This document shows positions 16,693 through 23,477 of a stretch of 25,491 nt of DNA, piece after piece. Within the stretch, counting starts at the first letter, position 1; every line of letters starts with the position of its first letter. Origin of the DNA: Eubacteriales bacterium (lineage in GTDB: Bacteria > Bacillota > Clostridia > Christensenellales > Aristaeellaceae). Below the pieces are notes generated by a model. That model made no database searches. It was not told the origin of the DNA and saw only the letters and a list, made by a program, of their open reading frames with translations. The translations under genes and the position numbers were made by a program. The DNA is taken from positions 1 to 25,491 of the forward strand of contig JAVBUS010000046.1 of NCBI GenBank assembly GCA_031555125.1, given 5' to 3'.

Positions 16693-17925
16693 ATGTTTAC
16701 CAAACGGATGCTAGGGATCCTGCTGGCTTGCACAATGCTCCTGACCGGCGTGGTCACCATGGCACAAGCCACGGAGCACAACACCGATGTGACGATCCAG
16801 ATCTTCCAGAGCAAGGTGGAGATCGTGGAGCAATTGGAAGAAATGGCCAAGGAGTACACCGAGCTCACCGGCGTCAAGGTGGAAGTGTTGGGTGCTGTGG
16901 GCGACGGATTCCAGGATGTGCTGCTGGGCAAGTTGACCAGCGGCCAGGGCCCCACCATCTTTAGCTGCGCGCCGGGCGCTTCGCTGGAGAAGCTCAACTC
17001 GTACCTGTACGACCTGACCGACCAGCCCTATGTGGCCGACATCGCGGACGGCCTGGCGCTGACCATGGACGGCAAGGTCCTGGGCGTGCCCTATGGCGTG
17101 GAAGGATACGGCCTGCTCTACAACAAGACCCTGGTGGATCCTGCGAAGATGACGGACTACGACACCTTTGCCAACCTGGCCGCAGAGATCAAGGCCACCG
17201 GCATCGATTTTGTGGAGCTGAGCGACAAGAGCTATTTCCTGATCGCCCACATCCTCAACATTCCCTTTGCGGTGCAGGAAGATCCCAACGCCTTCCTGGC
17301 GCAGGTGAACAAGGGCGAGGTCAAGCTGGCCGATACGCCCGCGTTCCAGGAGTGGGCCAAGATGATGGATGTCATCCGCGCCAACAGCGGCAACCCCATG
17401 GGCATCACCTATGACGATCAGATCGCCAACTTTGCCACCGGCAAGACCGCGATGATCCATCAGGGCAACTGGGCCTATGGCATGTTCGCCGATTACGGCG
17501 TCACCTTCGATATGTCCATGGCGCCCCTGCCGCTGCTGGGCAACGATAAGCTGGCCGTCGGTATGCCCAATGCCTGGGTCATCAACAAGGATCGCGATCA
17601 GGCGGAAATTGACGAGGCCCTGAAGTTCTTTGAGTGGATGTTTACCAGCGAGCGCGGCCATGCGTACATCGCGAAAGAGTTTGGGTTCATCCCCGCCCTC
17701 AAGAGCGTGCAGGTCACCGACCTGAACCCGCTGTCCGCTGCCGTCCATGACTACACCGTGTCGGGCAAGACCCTGTCCTGGACCTTCCGCGATTGGCCCA
17801 ACGCTTCCGGCCTGATCAACAATCAGCTGTTCCCGGTGGCGCAAAAGTTCTTTGCGGATCCGACCATGACCGGCGAGCAGTTCCTGCAGGAGTTGGACAA
17901 AGCTTGGGCTGAGGGCGTCAAGTAA
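16693..17925 (+). CDS. Carbohydrate ABC transporter substrate-binding protein (CUT1)
   Basis: Signal peptide, IFQSKVE, PYGVEGYGLLYNK, FATGKTAMIHQGNWA and EALKFFEWM; ATG after AGGAGGGGG. Confidence 0.92.
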   Translation: MFTKRMLGILLACTMLLTGVVTMAQATEHNTDVTIQIFQSKVEIVEQLEEMAKEYTELTGVKVEVLGAVGDGFQDVLLGKLTSGQGPTIFSCAPGASLEKLNSYLYDLTDQPYVADIADGLALTMDGKVLGVPYGVEGYGLLYNKTLVDPAKMTDYDTFANLAAEIKATGIDFVELSDKSYFLIAHILNIPFAVQEDPNAFLAQVNKGEVKLADTPAFQEWAKMMDVIRANSGNPMGITYDDQIANFATGKTAMIHQGNWAYGMFADYGVTFDMSMAPLPLLGNDKLAVGMPNAWVINKDRDQAEIDEALKFFEWMFTSERGHAYIAKEFGFIPALKSVQVTDLNPLSAAVHDYTVSGKTLSWTFRDWPNASGLINNQLFPVAQKFFADPTMTGEQFLQELDKAWAEGVK

Positions 17926-17958
17926 GCCGGATTCATGCTGGTAGAAGCCATATAGCCG

Positions 17959-18000
17959 AAGAGGTATTTCACAGGCATATGCCTTTGAAATACCTCTTTT
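17959..18000 (+). terminator. Intra-operonic stem-loop (partial terminator or mRNA stabiliser)
   Basis: aagaggtatttca/tgaaatacctctt 13-bp stem with inner aggcat/atgcct, ending in tttt, between the SBP gene and the first permease. Confidence 0.75.
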
Positions 18001-18017
18001 GGAAAGGAGCAGCCCCT

Positions 18018-18899
18018 GTGAACATACGAAAAAGCCCGTCCTATTACAGTTTTTTGCTGCTTCCCGCACTGATGATTGTGGCCTTCGTCACGGTGGTGAT
18101 CGTACCGTTTGTGATGGGGATCGGGTACTCGTTTGTGCGGTGGAACGGTATCCCCGTGGAGCCCAAGGTGTTTGTGGGGCTGGATAACTATGCGCGCATC
18201 TTTACGGATGGCCGGTTTTTTCAGGCCGGGATACACACCTTGGTGTTTACGGCATGCAGCGTGGTGTGTACCAACCTGGTGGGGCTCCTGCTGGCCCTGG
18301 CGGTCACGCAACCGATCTTTGGCCGCAATGTATCCCGGGCGCTGTTCTTCGCGCCCTACCTGATCGGCGGTCTGCTGCTGGGCTATATTTGGAAATTCGT
18401 ATTTGCCACGCCTTTTGCGGCCCTGGGGGAGGCGCTGCACCTGCCCCACATCTTTCACAACTGGTTGCTGCAGCCCGCTTCGGCCCTGGCGGCGCTGGTG
18501 TTGGTCAACACATGGAAGATGGCCGGGTACATCATGGTGATCTATGTGGCGGGCCTGCAAGGGGTGCCCGCCGACCTGCTGGAGGCCGCCAGCGTGGACG
18601 GCGCGTCGGGCTGGCAGCGTTTCCGGGCGGTGACGGTGCCGCTGCTGATGCCTGCCATCACGGTAACCACCTTTCTGACCCTGTCCAACTCCTTTAAGAT
18701 CTATGACGTGAACCTGTCGCTGACCGGGGGCGGCCCCTTTAGCTCCACGGAGATGCTGGCCATCAACATCTATGCGGAGATCTTTCAGTCCGCCAACTTT
18801 GGCTATGGTCAGGCCAAGGCCATCCTGTTCTTTGCCTTTGTGGCGTGCATCACCCTGGCCCAGACCTATCTGACCAAACGCAGGGAGGTGCTGATGTGA
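18018..18899 (+). CDS. Carbohydrate ABC transporter permease (MalF/UgpA-like)
   Basis: FVGLDNY, multiple TMs and the EAA motif LLEAASVDGASGWQRF..VTVPLL; GTG start after GAAAGGAG. Confidence 0.95.
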   Translation: MNIRKSPSYYSFLLLPALMIVAFVTVVIVPFVMGIGYSFVRWNGIPVEPKVFVGLDNYARIFTDGRFFQAGIHTLVFTACSVVCTNLVGLLLALAVTQPIFGRNVSRALFFAPYLIGGLLLGYIWKFVFATPFAALGEALHLPHIFHNWLLQPASALAALVLVNTWKMAGYIMVIYVAGLQGVPADLLEAASVDGASGWQRFRAVTVPLLMPAITVTTFLTLSNSFKIYDVNLSLTGGGPFSSTEMLAINIYAEIFQSANFGYGQAKAILFFAFVACITLAQTYLTKRREVLM

Positions 18900-19738
18900 T
18901 GCGCAAGCCTGCACGGATCCTCAACGGGGTGCTGCTGATGGTGTTGGGCGTGTTGTACCTGTCGCCCTTTTACCTGGTGGTGGTCAACTCCTTCAAAAAT
19001 CGGGCACAGATCACCCTCAATCCTTTGGGCTTACCCCCGGCGCTGGACTTTCAGTATTATGAAAACGCCATCCGCAAGATGAACCTGGGCAGCGCCTTGG
19101 CCAACTCCTTGTTCCTGACGGTGGTGAGCATCGCGGTGATCATCATCCTGACCGCCACCACGGCGTGGCTGATGGTGCGGCGTCCCAGCAAGGCAGGCAG
19201 TGCCCTGTTCTATGTGATGGTGGCCACCATGATCATCCCGTTTCAGGCGCTGATGATGCCGCTGATGCAGCTGATGGGCACCCTGGTGCGGGTGACCAAA
19301 CTGCCGTTCCTCAACAGCTTTTTCGGCATGATCTTTATGAACGTCGGGTTCGGGTCGGGCATGAGCCTGTTCCTGTATCACGGGTTCATCAAGTCCATCC
19401 CGGTGTCTATTGAAGAAGCGGCCATGATCGACGGCTGCAATGTGTGGCAGTTGTTCCTGTCCATCGTGTTCCCCATGCTCAAGACCACCACCATGACGGT
19501 GATCATCCTGGATGTGATCTGGATCTGGAACGACTTTTTACTGCCGTCCCTGGTGCTGGCGTCCAAGGATCTGCGCACCATTCCGCTGTCCACCTTCTCG
19601 TTCTTTGGGGAGTTCACCATCCAGTGGAACCTGGCCATGGCGGGCCTGACGCTGACCATTTTGCCGGTGATCGCCTTCTATCTGGTGGCCCAGCGGTACA
19701 TCGTGGCCGGGGTGGCCAGCGGCGCGATCAAGCAATGA
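18899..19738 (+). CDS. Carbohydrate ABC transporter permease (MalG/UgpE-like)
   Basis: NSFK, EAA motif IEEAAMIDGC, WNDFLLP; TGATG coupling. Confidence 0.95.
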   Translation: MRKPARILNGVLLMVLGVLYLSPFYLVVVNSFKNRAQITLNPLGLPPALDFQYYENAIRKMNLGSALANSLFLTVVSIAVIIILTATTAWLMVRRPSKAGSALFYVMVATMIIPFQALMMPLMQLMGTLVRVTKLPFLNSFFGMIFMNVGFGSGMSLFLYHGFIKSIPVSIEEAAMIDGCNVWQLFLSIVFPMLKTTTMTVIILDVIWIWNDFLLPSLVLASKDLRTIPLSTFSFFGEFTIQWNLAMAGLTLTILPVIAFYLVAQRYIVAGVASGAIKQ

Positions 19739-19781
19739 CACAAGGTGAACTGACTGACAACAGGAGAGAAGGCGCAACGAC

Positions 19782-22085
19782 ATGAACACATGGCAATTGA
19801 CAGAAAACCAGCTGGGACAGGCGGATGGCCGCAAGTGGGAGTCCCTGTTCGCCCAGGGCAACGGATACTTCGGCTGGCGCGGAGCCTTTGAAGAGGATGA
19901 TACCGGGGATCGGTTGGAAGGCAACTATGTCAATGGCTTTTATGAGACCTATCCCATTCGATATCCGGAAATCGCCTACGGTTACCCCGAGGAGGGGCAG
20001 ACCATGGTCAATGTGATGAACGCCAAAATCCTGCGGCTGCGGATCGACGGCGAGCCGGTGCGCATGGTGCCGGAGCGCGTGGGGGAGTATGAGCGGACGC
20101 TGGACTTTCGCACCGGGGTACTGACCCGACGCTACGTGTTCACGGCCCCAGGCGGCGCGGTGGCCCGCGTTGTGTTGCGCCGGCTGATCAGCCAGCAGCG
20201 GGCGCACTGCGGTATCCTGGATCTGCAGCTGACGCTGCAGGGGCGGGGGGCCAAGGTGGAGATCGAATCCGCCTTGGACATCCACACCCACAACCAGTCG
20301 GCGGACAAGGATCCCCGGGTGGGTACCCACCTGCCGCAGGACTGCTTCGATACCCTAGACAGCGGCTGCGGCGAGGATATCCTGTATGCGGAGCAGCGCA
20401 CCAAGCGCAGCCGCCTGGGCATTGCCTGCTCGGCGGTGCACCGGTTGGAGGGCGCGGCGGTTGCGATGACCCAGGGCCCGGGGGAACTGACGCTGGCCTA
20501 TACCGCGACCCTAGCGGCAGGGGATACCCTGCGCCTGCAAAAGGCCATCGCCTACGTGGCCCAGAACCGCCCGGGGGAGGGGAGCCTGTTGCACACGGCC
20601 CAGGCCGAGGCGCAGGGCGCGATCAAGGCCGGGTTCGATATCCTGGAGGCTGAGAACGCCGCCTTTTTTGCCGCCCACTGGGCGCGCGCCGACGTGGTGA
20701 TCGAGGGGGACGAAGTGCTGCAGCAAGGCCTGCGGTTCAACAACTTCCACCTGCTCCAGTCGGTGGGCCGGGACGGTCTGCGGAACATCGCCGCCAAGGG
20801 GCTCACCGGGGAGGGGTACGAGGGCCACTACTTCTGGGATACGGAGATGTTCGTGATCCCGGCGTTGCTGTATTGCCGTCCGGAGATTTGTCGGGAGCTG
20901 CTGCGCTATCGGTACGGGCGGCTGGATGCGGCCAGAGCCCGCGCCCGGGAGATGGGGCATAAGCGGGGCGCACTGTTCCCCTGGCGCACCATCGGCGGCA
21001 GCGAGTGCTCCACCTTCTTCCCGGCGGGGTCGGCCCAGTATCACATCATCGGCGACATCGCCATGGCGGTCAAAAACTATGTGCAGGTCACCGGCGACCG
21101 GGCCTTTTTGCGGGAGGCCGGGGCGGAGCTGTTGCTGGAGACCGCCCGCATTTGGGCCGATATCGGGCACTTCTCGCCCCTGCGGGAGGGGCAGTTCTGC
21201 ATCGATTGTGTCACCGGGCCCGATGAGTATACCGCCGTGGTCAACAACAACTACTACACCAACCGCATTGCCCGGGAGCATTTGTGGTACGCCTGCAAGG
21301 TGGCCCGGGAGCTGGCGCAGGAAGCGCCGGAAGACTGGGCAGCCCTGCGGGCCAAGTTGGGGCTTGGTGAGGAGGAACCGGTCCTGTGGCAGCGCGCGGC
21401 GGACGCCATGTTCTTTCCCTATGATGATCAAGCCGGCGTAGCGCTCCAGGACGACAGCTTTGCCCACAAAGCGGAGTGGGATTTTGCCGGGACGCCCAAG
21501 GATCAGTACCCCTTGCTGCTGCATTTTCATCCGCTGGTGATCTCTCGCCACAAGGTGCTCAAGCAAGCCGATACCGTGCTGGCTGATCTGCTGTTCGATC
21601 AGTACCTGGATCGGGAACAGATCCGCCGCAACTTTGACTATTACGAGCCCCTGACCACGCACGATTCTTCCCTGTCCAGCTGCGTATACAGCATGGTGGC
21701 CTGCAAGATCGGTTACCTGGACAAGGCGTACAGCTACTTCCTGCGTTGCGCCCGCACCGATCTGGACGACCACAAGGGCAACACCAAGGACGGCGTGCAC
21801 ATCGCCAACATGGCGGGCACCTCGGCCTGCGTGCTCCAGGGTTTTGGCGGTTTGCGGCAATGGGACGGGGCCTTGCGCCTGCACCCACTGCTGCCCGCCC
21901 AGTGGATGCTGTACCGATTCGCGGTGTGCTTTATGGGCTGTTTGCTGCGGGTGGAGATCACCCGGGAACAGGTAACCTTGACCCTGGAGGAAGGCCAGAC
22001 TTTGACCTTCCAGTGCTACGACGAGGCGGTGACGCTGGGGGCCGGAGAGACCCGTTCGCTGCCCCTGCAAGGAGGATGCGCATGA
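19782..22085 (+). CDS. GH65 glycoside phosphorylase, alpha,alpha-trehalose phosphorylase-like
   Basis: QQGLRFNNFHLLQSVGRDG..NIAAKGLTGEGYEGHYFWDTE, GALFPWRTI, PAGSAQYH, VTGPDEY (catalytic Glu region), KQAD, THDSSLS. Recalled as closest to trehalose phosphorylases; specificity not proven. Confidence 0.9.
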   Translation: MNTWQLTENQLGQADGRKWESLFAQGNGYFGWRGAFEEDDTGDRLEGNYVNGFYETYPIRYPEIAYGYPEEGQTMVNVMNAKILRLRIDGEPVRMVPERVGEYERTLDFRTGVLTRRYVFTAPGGAVARVVLRRLISQQRAHCGILDLQLTLQGRGAKVEIESALDIHTHNQSADKDPRVGTHLPQDCFDTLDSGCGEDILYAEQRTKRSRLGIACSAVHRLEGAAVAMTQGPGELTLAYTATLAAGDTLRLQKAIAYVAQNRPGEGSLLHTAQAEAQGAIKAGFDILEAENAAFFAAHWARADVVIEGDEVLQQGLRFNNFHLLQSVGRDGLRNIAAKGLTGEGYEGHYFWDTEMFVIPALLYCRPEICRELLRYRYGRLDAARARAREMGHKRGALFPWRTIGGSECSTFFPAGSAQYHIIGDIAMAVKNYVQVTGDRAFLREAGAELLLETARIWADIGHFSPLREGQFCIDCVTGPDEYTAVVNNNYYTNRIAREHLWYACKVARELAQEAPEDWAALRAKLGLGEEEPVLWQRAADAMFFPYDDQAGVALQDDSFAHKAEWDFAGTPKDQYPLLLHFHPLVISRHKVLKQADTVLADLLFDQYLDREQIRRNFDYYEPLTTHDSSLSSCVYSMVACKIGYLDKAYSYFLRCARTDLDDHKGNTKDGVHIANMAGTSACVLQGFGGLRQWDGALRLHPLLPAQWMLYRFAVCFMGCLLRVEITREQVTLTLEEGQTLTFQCYDEAVTLGAGETRSLPLQGGCA

Positions 22086-23407
22086 ACCTGATCTATCTGC
22101 ACACCCATGATACGGGACGTTATCTGCAGCCCTACGGCTGCCAGGTACCTACACCGCGGCTCCAGGCACTGGCGGATCAATCGGCGCTGTTTCGCAACAA
22201 CTACTGCTGCGGGCCCACCTGCTCGCCCAGCCGCAGTGCCATGCTGACGGGCCGCTATCCCCACAACTGCGGTATGATGGGCTTGGCCCACAGGGGGTTC
22301 TCCATCGACTATGAACAGCACTTGGCCCGGTTTTTGCGCCGAAACGGGTACGAAACCGTGCTCTGCGGCATGCAGCACGAGGCGGCCCGGGCCGAGGATG
22401 TTGGCTACGACCGGGTATACAGCCACGACAAGGCGGCCTGCAAGCATGCCACGGAGTGGGACGAGGCCAATGGCGCGTCGGCCATGGCCTTCTTAAGGGA
22501 GCGGCACGACAAGCCCTTCTTTCTCTCCTATGGGCTGGAACACACCCACCGCCCCTTTACGGAGTTCGATGCGGACATTCGCCAGGAGGGCGTGCGGCCC
22601 CCGGCGCCCTTGCCGGACACGGCGGAGACCCGGGAAGATTTTGTTGGGTTCGCTACCTCGGCACGGCGTGCGGATCAGTGCATCGGCCGGGTGCTGGACG
22701 AGATCGACAGGCTGGGCCTGGGCGATGATACGGTGGTGTTGTACACAACGGATCACGGCATTGCCTTCCCGTGGATGAAGTGCACGCTGTACGATACCGG
22801 CATCGGCACCGCCATGATGCTACGTTATCCCGGCAATCCTGCCGCGGGGAAGGCCATAGATGCCCTGACCAGCCACATCGACGTGTTTCCCACCCTGTGC
22901 GACCTGCTGGGGATTTCAAAGCCGGACTGGCTCCAGGGCGTGTCTCTGCGGCCGTTGCTGGAGGGCACGGCCCCGGCGGTGCGGGAACAGATCTTTGCGG
23001 AGGTGGTGTATCACGCTTCCTATGAGCCGCAACTGGCGGTACGCACGGATCGGTATAAGTACATCCGCCGCATGAACCCGGAGCACACCACCCCGGCTTT
23101 GGCCAACGTGGACAACAGCCCCAGCAAGGATTACCTGATGGCCCATGGCCTGCGGGACATGCAGCTGGAGCAGGAGATGCTGTATGACCTGGTGATGGAT
23201 CCCAACGAACGGCGGAATCTGGTGACGGATCCGGCATATGCGTCGGTGCGGACCGAGATGGCGGGGCGGCTGGATATATGGATGCGGGATACGGCGCATC
23301 CGCTGCTCAACGGGCCTGTGCAGCTGCCCAAGGGGGCCTTTGTGAACACACTGACCTGCGAGGATCCGGAGAGCACTGCGCCGGGGGATGTGTACCGGCA
23401 GGCGTAG
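22082..23407 (+). CDS. Cys-type formylglycine-dependent sulfatase, cytoplasmic
   Basis: CSPSRSAMLTGRYPH (CxPSR motif), HRPF, YTTDHG.AFPWMKCTLYD.G, VRTDRYKYI, LYDL..DPNE..NL; no signal peptide; ATGA overlap with the GH65 stop. Confidence 0.93.
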   Translation: MNLIYLHTHDTGRYLQPYGCQVPTPRLQALADQSALFRNNYCCGPTCSPSRSAMLTGRYPHNCGMMGLAHRGFSIDYEQHLARFLRRNGYETVLCGMQHEAARAEDVGYDRVYSHDKAACKHATEWDEANGASAMAFLRERHDKPFFLSYGLEHTHRPFTEFDADIRQEGVRPPAPLPDTAETREDFVGFATSARRADQCIGRVLDEIDRLGLGDDTVVLYTTDHGIAFPWMKCTLYDTGIGTAMMLRYPGNPAAGKAIDALTSHIDVFPTLCDLLGISKPDWLQGVSLRPLLEGTAPAVREQIFAEVVYHASYEPQLAVRTDRYKYIRRMNPEHTTPALANVDNSPSKDYLMAHGLRDMQLEQEMLYDLVMDPNERRNLVTDPAYASVRTEMAGRLDIWMRDTAHPLLNGPVQLPKGAFVNTLTCEDPESTAPGDVYRQA

Positions 23408-23421
23408 CATGCTGTTTTGGC

Positions 23422-23448
23422 AGGGGCTGTACACCCAGTGCAGCCTCT
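23422..23448 (+). terminator. Hairpin after the sulfatase (possible weak terminator)
   Basis: aggggctgtac/gtgcagcctct 11-bp stem with 2 G-U pairs; poor U-tract. Confidence 0.45.
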
Positions 23449-23477
23449 CATTATCTGTACTTGCTGGGAGGGCGTAC

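Noticed and set aside
16711-18914. 452-aa and 363-aa minus-strand ORFs
   Set aside because: Antisense shadows of the SBP and permease genes.
20511-22070. 519-aa minus-strand ORF
   Set aside because: Antisense shadow of the well-supported GH65 gene; no domain signature.
21746-22081. N-terminal extension of the sulfatase in the ORF track
   Set aside because: Overlaps the GH65 3' end; ATG 22082 has a GGAGG RBS and an ATGA coupling.
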